DNA of 25,367 bases, taken from the IMG/VR virus record IMGVR_UViG_3300049219_000004; one strand, written 5' to 3'. The DNA comes from a virus (lineage: Duplodnaviria; Heunggongvirae; Uroviricota; Caudoviricetes). The position numbers and the translations under genes were made by a program. The notes below the pieces were generated by a model. That model did not search any database. It saw nothing but the letters and a program-made list of their open reading frames with translations, and was not told where the DNA came from. How positions within the stretch are numbered: position 1 is the stretch's first letter; each line of letters begins with the position of its first letter. Shown in pieces: positions 8,310 to 16,284 of this stretch.

Positions 8310-8474
8310 TTATCCACAGCTTTTCTAAGTTATACACATGCCATTTAAACGCGTTTTAAGGGGCCTAGGAGGCGTGCAAGGATGAGTTAAGGGCAAACCC
8401 TAGGCCAGCTCTTGCGTTGAAACGGGGGCCTTTATAATCGATTCTAGAGGCATGTGTATAACCCTTGTGGATAA
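8310..8474. promoter_or_regulatory. DnaA-box cluster 2 (two inverted pairs)
   Basis: TTATCCACA 8310, TTATACACA 8330, TGTGTATAA 8453, TGTGGATAA 8466; 13-bp perfect inverted repeat 8330-8342 / 8449-8461. Confidence 0.8.
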
Positions 8475-8581
8475 CTAGGAAATACTACCTTCTAAGCTGG
8501 CATACTACTTGCTACGCGTGCACGCGCATTTTTCTTTATGAAGCTTGCTAGAGTGGAAGCAACGAAGAAAAGCAACACTAC

Positions 8582-8631
8582 AAAAATAATTTGAAAAGGG
8601 TATTGCGCATACCTTAGTTATGCCCTATTAT
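8582..8631 (+). promoter_or_regulatory. Strong pre-early-type promoter: UP element plus TTGCGC-17-TATTAT
   Basis: AAAAATAATTTGAAAA upstream; -35 at 8603, -10 at 8626. Confidence 0.75.
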
Positions 8632-8639
8632 CTCTACAT

Positions 8640-8890
8640 CGGCGCACACAACGATGCACGGTGAATCAGGTAACAGTAGAAGTCTCTAGTTGATTGCCCT
8701 AGTAGGTGGATGCCGAAAGGGATGAGACAGACACTAGAGCCAAGAAATACGGTCTTTAACAACTAGCTAAACTAGGCGCTGCTAATGTCGGGAGACATGA
8801 GAATACAGCGCATCACACTAGTCGCATGGGAATGCCGCTAGCAAGGAATAAACCTAGATAGTCTTAGCAATAGGGCTATCGAATTTATTC
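8640..8890 (+). ncRNA. Structured leader RNA with boxA-like GTCTTTAACAA (8752-8762) and GNRA hairpins
   Basis: Stems CTCTAGT/ACTAGAG, GCGCTG/CAGCGC, ATGTC-GGGA-GACAT, GCAT-GGGA-ATGC, CC-GAAA-GG. Confidence 0.55.
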
Positions 8891-8907
8891 ACCTGAAAGG
8901 AAATAAA

Positions 8908-8985
8908 ATGATTATCGAATTTGAAACTAAAGACCCTGACATGGTTGCATGGGCAGCAGCTTACGCTGTAATGCTAAAAGGTTAA
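8908..8985 (+). CDS. 25-aa peptide MIIEFETKDPDMVAWAAAYAVMLKG
   Basis: AAGGA RBS with good spacing; first ORF of the cassette. Confidence 0.6.
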   Translation: MIIEFETKDPDMVAWAAAYAVMLKG

Positions 8986-8987
8986 TC

Positions 8988-9197
8988 ATGCGCCTCTTAA
9001 GCATAATCAAGATTGCCGGTTTTGAAGAAACAGGACGGCAAGTCAAAGTGTACCGGGACAGTGAAACAGACGAATATGTTTGCAAGCTGTTTGTGTACGG
9101 TAAATATGATGATCTTTGCACCTACTTTACTGAAAATAAAGAAGATGCAATTGGCACCGCAAGGAAAATGTGCGAATGCCCGTTCAAACGTACCTAA
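8988..9197 (+). CDS. Hypothetical early protein (KVYRDSETDEYVCKLF family)
   Basis: In-frame ATG 8988 after the preceding stop; motif typical of small phage early proteins. Confidence 0.75.
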   Translation: MRLLSIIKIAGFEETGRQVKVYRDSETDEYVCKLFVYGKYDDLCTYFTENKEDAIGTARKMCECPFKRT

Positions 9198-9272
9198 CAT
9201 TTCAAGCCGTAGCCTTTCGGCGTATGCTGGAGGGCTACTACATGCAATGTTGCATATTAGAAAGGAACTATC

Positions 9273-9833
9273 ATGTTTAAAGTAATTTTCGCACTGCTGG
9301 CCTTCGTTGCTAGCACGGCACAGGCTTGCCAATTCACTGACAAACGTATCTGCGACATTGATGCTAAGTTGCAGCTTGAAACGGGCCACAAGGTGCAATT
9401 CGTAGTGGACTACACGGCCCGGGTTGCAGATTATGAATGGGTAGTAGGAGCGCCTGACATTGTTCATTTGGGAGACACTACGGTGTTGGCCGATGATGAA
9501 TTATTCTTTGCCTTAGCCCATGAATTCGGGCATTCGGTAATGGGCCACGGACGTAAATTTGTTGAAAGCTTTGCCCCTGCTGGCGCTAAATTTGAAAGTG
9601 ACACTGACCTGTTGAATAAATACGGGAAACTAGCTAGAGACGGCGAAGGTAGTCAATCGCTTAATCATGGGCAGGAATATCAAGCCGATGAGTTTGCAGC
9701 GCATATCATGGCCAAGCATGGCATGGATTGCGTTAAAGCTATGAAAGGTCTGTTAAAGCCTTCCGGTGCAAGTGTTTCGCATCCTAGCAAAGGTGCACGC
9801 ATTGAGAAAATCAAACAAGTTATTGGAGCGTAA
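9273..9833 (+). CDS. Exported zinc metallopeptidase, M48 (HtpX/Ste24)-like
   Basis: Signal peptide MFKVIFALLAFVASTAQA; HEFGH (HExxH); QEYQAD (ExxAD); SHP...R; AAGGA RBS. Confidence 0.85.
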   Translation: MFKVIFALLAFVASTAQACQFTDKRICDIDAKLQLETGHKVQFVVDYTARVADYEWVVGAPDIVHLGDTTVLADDELFFALAHEFGHSVMGHGRKFVESFAPAGAKFESDTDLLNKYGKLARDGEGSQSLNHGQEYQADEFAAHIMAKHGMDCVKAMKGLLKPSGASVSHPSKGARIEKIKQVIGA

Positions 9834-9836
9834 ATC

Positions 9837-9992
9837 ATGGCAAAGATTCAATTGAAAAATAATGTCTCTCAAGCTGAAAGGGCACGAATCATTAAGCGCA
9901 CCTTAGGGGTTAGCGTAGCGGCCCGTTACCTGAAAAACAGGGAATGGAGCGTAGAAGCTGCAATGTTTATTCTCTTGGGGGGTATAACATGA
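9837..9992 (+). CDS. 51-aa hypothetical protein (RTLGVSVAARYLKNREWSVEAA)
   Basis: Below the track cutoff; ATGA overlap with the next gene. Confidence 0.75.
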   Translation: MAKIQLKNNVSQAERARIIKRTLGVSVAARYLKNREWSVEAAMFILLGGIT

Positions 9993-10240
9993 AATTAATC
10001 GACAGAACATTAGCACGTATTAATTTCCAAACTAATACCGAATGGATTGAGTGCTATTTGCATGAAGATGAAATGGCAGGGCATCGATTCATTGTGGTAG
10101 AGCGTGCAAGCGTCGGAGAATTCGGTATAAGGGAATACGACGATGAAGAAAAAGCACGGACAGATTATGCCAATGCGGTAAAAAGAACTAAGGCCCGGAT
10201 CATGGCCCATATGTCAAAAATTACAGCCTACGGGGACTAA
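9989..10240 (+). CDS. Hypothetical protein (MKLIDRTLAR...)
   Basis: GGGGG RBS and ATGA overlap at 9989. Confidence 0.75.
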   Translation: MKLIDRTLARINFQTNTEWIECYLHEDEMAGHRFIVVERASVGEFGIREYDDEEKARTDYANAVKRTKARIMAHMSKITAYGD

Positions 10241-10378
10241 ATGAAACAACACTCGCCTATGACCGAACAGGAATATAACGAAGCATTGGCCAACAAAGAA
10301 AAGCAATTGCCGTTGATTGTTTCAATTGCTACGGCACTCGCAATTGTTATTAGTGTATTCAATTGGCTGTTTAATTAA
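10241..10378 (+). CDS. 45-aa protein with a C-terminal transmembrane segment
   Basis: Starts right after the previous stop; LPLIVSIATALAIVISVFNWLF. Confidence 0.65.
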   Translation: MKQHSPMTEQEYNEALANKEKQLPLIVSIATALAIVISVFNWLFN

Positions 10379-10387
10379 GGAGAATAA

Positions 10388-10480
10388 ATGCACGTCGTTA
10401 ATGCAAATAATCAGGCAGCACGTTATCAAGCTTACTTGGCTTTTAAAGCATTCAAACAACAATTGATTAATAAGAGTTAA
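10388..10480 (+). CDS. 30-aa peptide MHVVNANNQAARYQAYLAFKAFKQQLINKS
   Basis: AAGGAG RBS. Confidence 0.65.
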   Translation: MHVVNANNQAARYQAYLAFKAFKQQLINKS

Positions 10481-10537
10481 TCAGCCAATGCCCTACAAGC
10501 TAGGGTATTACCGGACTAATTCAAAGGAGGGCAGGAC

Positions 10538-10840
10538 ATGCAATTGCTGCATAAAGATGGAAGCCCGAAGGGCATTAGCTTTCGACGCCAAAAGCAAAAC
10601 GCTAATAGCTTCATCATTCGCATTATGGGAGCGGGACTACAAACGGACATTGGAGCATGTCCTAACAATCTGCCGGAATGCTACGAAAAGGCCATAGATA
10701 GGCGTCTAAGCTTCTTAGGGCTAGAGAATGACGCGGAAGCCTTCCAAACGCTTGCAAGCGCCTATGGCGCGTTTCTGACGCATTACGGGATTGAGTTTCA
10801 ACCCGTTACGTACATCGAATTTAAATTGAAGGGAAATTAA
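10538..10840 (+). CDS. Hypothetical protein
   Basis: AAGGAGG RBS. Confidence 0.8.
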   Translation: MQLLHKDGSPKGISFRRQKQNANSFIIRIMGAGLQTDIGACPNNLPECYEKAIDRRLSFLGLENDAEAFQTLASAYGAFLTHYGIEFQPVTYIEFKLKGN

Positions 10841-10841
10841 A

Positions 10842-11615
10842 ATGAAAAGCATTGAAGAGTTCAAAAAAGAACAGCAAGCGGCAATGGAAAAAGCGATTAA
10901 GGCTCACGAAGTAATGCTTAAACGTGCTGAAGATTTTGCCGCTTTAGGTTTGCCGATTCCTGAATATATCGCCGATGGTAAAACTCACGGTGCAGTGCAT
11001 ATTACCTATCGCAATAACAAAAGCTATAAAAGCGAAGAGCTGCGCAGCATGACCGAAGCTGTAGCATTGTTTGCTATGTTCGTTAATGCAAACACTGTGA
11101 TTGCCCATCATGTATTGAAAGATGGAAGTTTTACCAGCTTGCATCCTGAAAAGTACATGCCTACGAAAAAGGCCAGCCAGCAACAATATAAACGCGATGC
11201 GTATAAAAACTCAGGCTATGCCGTTCGCCTTGATGTAAATCATGCTGCGGAAAGGGGGCATACCTCTGCTGAAATTGAATTCTTCGCTATGGTAGGAAAT
11301 ACACTTTATGCCGTTAGCATTGAATTCGGACAAGGCTATATTGGAGTCTGTCCCCGTTTGGCTCCAAGGCGAAACGAGGTAAGGCGTTTTAATCGTGTTG
11401 AGTCTGTCTCATTTGTTCCAAATGAAGATGTTAGCGCTTTAGCTGACGGTTATGTCTCTTATAGCTACGGCGGGGACATGGGCAGCATTAAAACTGGTGC
11501 TGACCATCGTTTCTTGTTTGTAGCTGATACTGACGAGGATGATAACGGGCCGGTAGAATGCACTCACGCTATTGCGCAGCTTGAAAACCTAGCTGCAATC
11601 GTTGACGGGAAATAA
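10842..11615 (+). CDS. Hypothetical protein, 257 aa
   Basis: RBS present; long ORF within the operon. Confidence 0.85.
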   Translation: MKSIEEFKKEQQAAMEKAIKAHEVMLKRAEDFAALGLPIPEYIADGKTHGAVHITYRNNKSYKSEELRSMTEAVALFAMFVNANTVIAHHVLKDGSFTSLHPEKYMPTKKASQQQYKRDAYKNSGYAVRLDVNHAAERGHTSAEIEFFAMVGNTLYAVSIEFGQGYIGVCPRLAPRRNEVRRFNRVESVSFVPNEDVSALADGYVSYSYGGDMGSIKTGADHRFLFVADTDEDDNGPVECTHAIAQLENLAAIVDGK

Positions 11616-11617
11616 CC

Positions 11618-11914
11618 ATGTTCAAAATCAAAACATCAAGTGACCTTAAATATGCCGTCGAGAGTACCGGCACAGAAACACACTTCTTTGATCGTAAATC
11701 AATGAAGTTTTTCGGCGATACCATGCGTAATTATGGCGTGCGCAAAGCCGTGATTAAAACCAATTGGGATAATGAAGGCAATTACTCCCATGAGGGAGTA
11801 GAAAAGGCCGTGTATGAACTCTACCGGCGTAGGCCAGTAAAGGCAGGGAATCAAAAAAGCGCTTACTTTGACATGGAAACGTTTAAAGTAGTGCATGAGA
11901 AAATCGAGATATAA
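11618..11914 (+). CDS. Conserved phage early protein (HFFDRKSMKFFGDTMRNY family)
   Basis: Recognisable motif; function unknown. Confidence 0.8.
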   Translation: MFKIKTSSDLKYAVESTGTETHFFDRKSMKFFGDTMRNYGVRKAVIKTNWDNEGNYSHEGVEKAVYELYRRRPVKAGNQKSAYFDMETFKVVHEKIEI

Positions 11915-11999
11915 CGAAAGAACTCTTCAGCCAATGCCCATAATAAAACGTGGGCATTAACGGAATTGTTTCTAAAGTAACTAACACAAGGAAAACATC

Positions 12000-12608
12000 A
12001 TGCGCATTATCCCTACTGAAACTCAAGCCTTTAAATTCTCCGAACTGTCCGAAGAGGCAAAACAAAAAGCATTAGAGCAATACCGGGCAGGATTCGATTT
12101 TAGCTTTCACTCAGAATGTACGCTGGATGATGCAAAAGACATTGCCGCATTGTTCGGATTAGACATTGACAAGATTTATTATTCTGGCTTTTGGTCACAA
12201 GGAGACGGTGTAAGCTTTATCGGGAATTATCGATACAAAGCCGGTGCATTGAAAGCTGTAATGTCTCATGCGCCCAGTGACAAGGAATTGCATAGCATTG
12301 TTAAACGTTTGCAAGAGGTACAGCGCAAGCGCTTCTACGGCATTTCCTGCCGTATTCTGCAACGTGGCAACTATGTGCATGAATACACGATGCTTATTGA
12401 CGAGATTTTCATTAATGGCGACCGTGTTTATTTCGATACTGGCGACATTGAAGATGAGGTAATTGATTGTCTCCGGGATTATGCACGATGGATTTATAAG
12501 CGCTTGGAAAGTGAATATGAATACCTCACTTCTGATGAATCCATTGCCGAGTATTTCAATGAATCGGCAAGCAATACAGAATTCACTATTGACGGTGAAA
12601 TTATTTAA
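12000..12608 (+). CDS. Acidic phage/plasmid early protein (F.ELSEEAKQKA...YYSGFWSQGDG...YKRLESEYEYLTSDE family)
   Basis: Recognisable family motif; AAGGA RBS; function not established. Confidence 0.8.
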   Translation: MRIIPTETQAFKFSELSEEAKQKALEQYRAGFDFSFHSECTLDDAKDIAALFGLDIDKIYYSGFWSQGDGVSFIGNYRYKAGALKAVMSHAPSDKELHSIVKRLQEVQRKRFYGISCRILQRGNYVHEYTMLIDEIFINGDRVYFDTGDIEDEVIDCLRDYARWIYKRLESEYEYLTSDESIAEYFNESASNTEFTIDGEII

Positions 12609-12619
12609 GAGGGAATAAA

Positions 12620-12841
12620 ATGGCAATTATGACCAAACGAGAAAAGAAAGCCCTTGCTAATAAGCTTGATGCTATTGCAATGGGTGAAACGTTCTACATG
12701 TGCGCTATTGTTGAAGCTGAAAACATTAAATGGCTTAGCCTTGATGAAAAGGCTTGCTTGCGCCGCTATCGCAACGGTAATCAATCCGACACTGACCATA
12801 TTACATTGCAGGACATCGCAATTAAAATCAGGGGAAAATAA
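12620..12841 (+). CDS. Hypothetical protein
   Basis: GAGGG RBS. Confidence 0.75.
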   Translation: MAIMTKREKKALANKLDAIAMGETFYMCAIVEAENIKWLSLDEKACLRRYRNGNQSDTDHITLQDIAIKIRGK

Positions 12842-12915
12842 GCTGATTAGCTAATGCCTTACGTGTTAGGGCATTGACGAATTAACTTTAGTTAAAACTT
12901 AAAGGAGGGCTTTAT

Positions 12916-13125
12916 ATGTCCCATGAGATTAAATACGAAAAGGGTATGATTGTATCCTTGCATGACGTACCAAATGAGGCAAAACACTTGTTTGGCGATA
13001 CGCAACAATACTACTGGAATCATCCATACAATGAAATTGTAAGCGGTGGCCCTTACTTCAAAATCTACAAAAACATTACGATTATCTTCATTGATGATGG
13101 ATCAATCGTTTTGTCTTTCAACTAA
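12916..13125 (+). CDS. Hypothetical protein
   Basis: AAGGAGG RBS. Confidence 0.75.
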   Translation: MSHEIKYEKGMIVSLHDVPNEAKHLFGDTQQYYWNHPYNEIVSGGPYFKIYKNITIIFIDDGSIVLSFN

Positions 13126-13136
13126 AGGAAATGAAC

Positions 13137-13745
13137 ATGAAGCATTTTAAACGCGAAGTGCCGGAAGCCATCCAAGAGAAAATTCATGCACTGGCCCAAT
13201 ACGTGCATGAGGAGTGGAGTAACGTAATTGTTATTAGCTCACGTTCTTACGGTGCAATGGGTGAGGTTCAATTGTCTGAAATTCAGGGTAATTATGTATC
13301 CGGCTGGATGCCTAATCAGGATGGTGGATTTTCGATTGATTGCCTGTACCAGAACGATCAAGACAAAACGTATCATTTCACCGAGAAGCAAACCGAAGCT
13401 GCTAGCAGCCAAGCTACTACTTGCTGGGAAATGTTCTTACATGATAATGCACTAGACTCTGAATTGTCTTATGACGATTTAACAGAGGAGCAAAAGACAT
13501 CATTTGCCGATTATGAAAATGAATGGTTTGATCCTGCATTGCTTCAATTCCAAGTATTCACCGAAGGATGGAAAAACTACGATAGCGAGGATAAGCCAAC
13601 TATTACCATGCGCCTAAGCATTAATTACAAAGATGCCCCTTATTATCGTGAAGGCGGCGCAGAGGACATTAAATCTGTCATTCTGGAAATTGACGAATTC
13701 ATGAATACCGACATTGAGGTATTGGCCGAACAATTCGACGTGTAA
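13137..13745 (+). CDS. Strongly acidic hypothetical protein
   Basis: AAGGA RBS spacing favours ATG 13137 over 13131; about 40 D/E versus 14 K/R by hand count. Confidence 0.85.
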   Translation: MKHFKREVPEAIQEKIHALAQYVHEEWSNVIVISSRSYGAMGEVQLSEIQGNYVSGWMPNQDGGFSIDCLYQNDQDKTYHFTEKQTEAASSQATTCWEMFLHDNALDSELSYDDLTEEQKTSFADYENEWFDPALLQFQVFTEGWKNYDSEDKPTITMRLSINYKDAPYYREGGAEDIKSVILEIDEFMNTDIEVLAEQFDV

Positions 13746-13756
13746 AGGGTAACAAA

Positions 13757-13912
13757 ATGCGCTCTATTCTTATTGCTTCATACCTCGATTATGTCAATAA
13801 CTATCTGACCATTGAAACGTGGGCAGAACATAACGGGCTTACAAAAGAGCAAGGCGAAAGGTTTATTTCCCTTGCACGCGAAGTAGCTAATTCACCTCAC
13901 CCTGATGAATAA
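13757..13912 (+). CDS. 51-aa conserved phage protein (YLDYVNNYLTIETWAEHNGL)
   Basis: Below the track cutoff; AAGGG RBS; last gene before the terminator. Confidence 0.8.
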   Translation: MRSILIASYLDYVNNYLTIETWAEHNGLTKEQGERFISLAREVANSPHPDE

Positions 13913-13915
13913 ACA

Positions 13916-13951
13916 AAAAGCCAGCCCTTAAACAAGGCTGGCTTTTCTTTT
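13916..13951 (+). terminator. Strong, potentially bidirectional Rho-independent terminator
   Basis: AAAAGCCAGCC-9nt-GGCTGGCTTTT plus CTTTT. Confidence 0.9.
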
Positions 13952-14064
13952 GTCTACACTGTTAACACAATATCAACATTTCTCTACAGAAATATATCCT
14001 CTCTTCTGCCTACCTCCTAGGCTGTCTCCGAAAGGCTTCAGCAGGGCACCATACAGGCCCTATA

Positions 14065-15276
14065 GCGCCATTGGCGCATGTCCTGCTAGTGGCCTATGGC
14101 CTAGCCTACCTCTTTCCCTATTGGCCCCTCTCTACAAGGGGCCTTTCCTAGGGTATTCCCCTCTAGGGCCATAGGCCCATAACATAACTCTGTCCCTATG
14201 GGACTAGTGTACTATCGCCATTGGCGAATATATAGATAAATACAATTAGACATTTCTTTCATCTACCCGTATCGCTGGCCGCAATACGGAGTAGGGTAGC
14301 ATACAAGTTGCATTTTGTCAATTATATAGAATTGCTCTCTTATACCTGAAAGTTATATAAGAACATGCTCCAATGGAGCTAGCCTGTTCTGTGCCAATGG
14401 CACTATAGGGCATCTAAGCACATGGCAAGGGCATACCCTACAGGGCAGGACGTGGGCCAATGGCCCTATGCTATACCCCGTCCTATGGACGTATGTTGCT
14501 ATGCTCCAATGGAGCTATACATACTATTGTCTATTACTCATGATACAGGGAGGGGCGGTTTGTTATGGGCCTATGGCCCCTGTTATACCCGGCTCCAATG
14601 GAGCTAGTGTTACTCATACAGGATAGTTATATCTATACCAACGATACAAAGGAGGGCGTTTGTTTAGCCCGACCCTTAATGAAACGTTCTTTCTTAACAG
14701 AAATTATGTGCCAATGGCACCATATACTATCCTCAGAGTAATAAAAACTACACCGAGTAGTGTACTTGTGTCTCTTAGGCAACACTCTACGCCAATGGCG
14801 TTACAAGACGTTTATTTGCCTATGCCTAGGCCACCCCACTAGCCCACCTCTAAACGCGTCTCCTAGGGCCTCCTAGTGGATGCTATGGCCATTGGCCGAT
14901 GACGTCTTATGTAGGGTTATCCACAGTAGAGGTAGCTTGTACATAAACCCAGACGGGCGTCTAACTCTTATACACAGGCTCTAAAATCGATTTAAACGCG
15001 TTTTGAGACGACTTCATATTAGGGCTATCTACCCCTTACCCCTCCCTCAAAGTCGTCCCTATGATATTTCTGGAGGCAGCTAGGCCCATCTGGCCTATGC
15101 CCGTCGCCTATTAAGCAACCAATTCGCTATTTATTGGCAACCCCCTCGACCTTTATGCCATTCCCTCTTCCCGCCTTATGCCATAAGCTCTTATGCCATA
15201 ATTTTCCTCGTATTCTTTCCTGTATTATTTCCAGTGATATATTTCGCCATTGGCGACAGTGGCTAGGCCATAGGCC
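14065..15276. repeat. Array of 17 short palindromes NNN-CC-WWW-GG-N'N'N'
   Basis: 14 perfect 5-3-5 copies and 3 with 4-bp arms; centres at 14071, 14096, 14172, 14198, 14221, 14373, 14397, 14460, 14485, 14509, 14573, 14598, 14714, 14795, 14892, 15250, 15271. Confidence 0.9.
14917..14976 (+). promoter_or_regulatory. DnaA-box group 3
   Basis: TTATCCACA 14917 and TTATACACA 14968. Confidence 0.65.
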
Positions 15277-15348
15277 AATTTTAAAATTTATTTTTAAAAT
15301 CAAAGAGTTACGGAATAATGTCAAGGATATTTAAGCTTATAAAATGAC

Positions 15349-15379
15349 AAAAGCCCCACGCAGAGGTGAGGCTTTCTTT
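15349..15379 (-). terminator. Rho-independent terminator for the minus-strand operon
   Basis: Minus strand GCCTCAC-loop-GTGGGGC-TTTT. Confidence 0.75.
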
Positions 15380-15451
15380 AGGCAATTACGTAGAGAGGCG
15401 TTGGAGGCATCCAGCTATCTAGCCATGCCTTCAGTTTGCGAAGGAAGACTT

Positions 15452-15760
15452 TCATGCGAACATACCTTTGATACGAAGCAAGGTAGCTTCCAGTTCTTTC
15501 GCTTCTGCCAGAGCAGCGGTGATGTCGGAATGATCGATATTAACCTTGAACGAGAGAGGGTCTGTCTTCTCTTCTGCTGGAGGTAAGAGTTTGTAACTCC
15601 CATTTTCCAGCCAACCACGCACAGTGCTTTCATTATATGCGTCTCGATAAGTAACGCCTTCGTCATGGCACGTCATGTTCACTCTACCCTCTGTGTCGCC
15701 TTTTGTTAGAGTGTAGCGGACGTTCTCGCATTCAATATCGAACGGGTATTTCAATTCCAT
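15452..15760 (-). CDS. Hypothetical protein
   Basis: AAGGAG RBS. Confidence 0.8.
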   Translation of the reverse strand: MELKYPFDIECENVRYTLTKGDTEGRVNMTCHDEGVTYRDAYNESTVRGWLENGSYKLLPPAEEKTDPLSFKVNIDHSDITAALAEAKELEATLLRIKGMFA

Positions 15761-15773
15761 CGTTTGTTTCTCC

Positions 15774-15977
15774 TTAGAAAATTTTGGTTGTCTCGTGACG
15801 CTTGTTGGCGTAGGAAGGGTGGTAACGATTGTTACAGCCCATCTTAATAGCCCACTCGGTGAAACGATTGTTAGTTGGCACTAGGCCACATTTGCTACAG
15901 CACATCTTTCCGCTACGCTTGCCGCCAGTACGTAAGGAGAAGTCATGTGCTTCATACGTATAATCTTCATCATCCAT
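15774..15977 (-). CDS. Small Cys-containing (possible Zn-binding) protein
   Basis: CCSKC...C motif; start probably ATG 15977, overlapping the upstream stop. Confidence 0.7.
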   Translation of the reverse strand: MDDEDYTYEAHDFSLRTGGKRSGKMCCSKCGLVPTNNRFTEWAIKMGCNNRYHPSYANKRHETTKIF

Positions 15978-16284
15978 GAAAGGAATCCGTCCCTCGTACA
16001 ACGTCAGCAGGAATGCCTGTAGCTTTCTCCCACTCGTCCCAGCTACTCTTCTCGTCTATATCACCCCGGTATTTCGGAGGTGGAGCAGGACGAAGATAGT
16101 CAGGAGATGCGCAAATCTCTCTGCCATTAGGGAAGCGGATGAGGTAGTTGCTACGGTAGGTATGATGGTAGCCGGGAAGCTTCGCAATAACTACAATCTC
16201 TCCGTTCAGAGCATTCTGAGGATTAACGTTCACTTCGTTCATGCCATGAATCTCTACAGGTTGTCCTATTTTAAATCTTGACAT
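15970..16284 (-). CDS. Hypothetical protein, SH3-like N-terminus
   Basis: AAGGAGG RBS; FKIGQPVEI start; SWDEW near the C-terminus. Confidence 0.8.
   Translation of the reverse strand: MSRFKIGQPVEIHGMNEVNVNPQNALNGEIVVIAKLPGYHHTYRSNYLIRFPNGREICASPDYLRPAPPPKYRGDIDEKSSWDEWEKATGIPADVVRGTDSFHG

Noticed and set aside
7445-8618. 12-bp repeat GCATACCTTAGT at 7445 and 8607
   Set aside because: Both copies are promoter-proximal, but a 12-mer match is expected by chance in 25 kb.
8684-8740. Hammerhead ribozyme in the leader (GATGAG and GAAA present)
   Set aside because: The CUGAUGA core is absent and the order of the elements does not fit.
8908-13912. T5 A1/A2/dmp pre-early homologs
   Set aside because: None recognisable by size or motif, so a T5-like assignment is not supported.
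14065-15276. CRISPR array interpretation
   Set aside because: Units are only 11-13 bp, are not identical, are separated by about 12-nt or irregular gaps, and there are no cas genes.
14065-15276. N4-type virion RNA polymerase hairpin promoters
   Set aside because: The stem and loop sizes are similar, but the loops are AAT/TAT rather than purine-rich, no genes follow them, and early genes use sigma70 promoters. Not excluded, but unsupported.
13950-15586. Short ORFs in the palindrome array region
   Set aside because: No RBS, low-complexity translations, and they lie between two convergent terminators.
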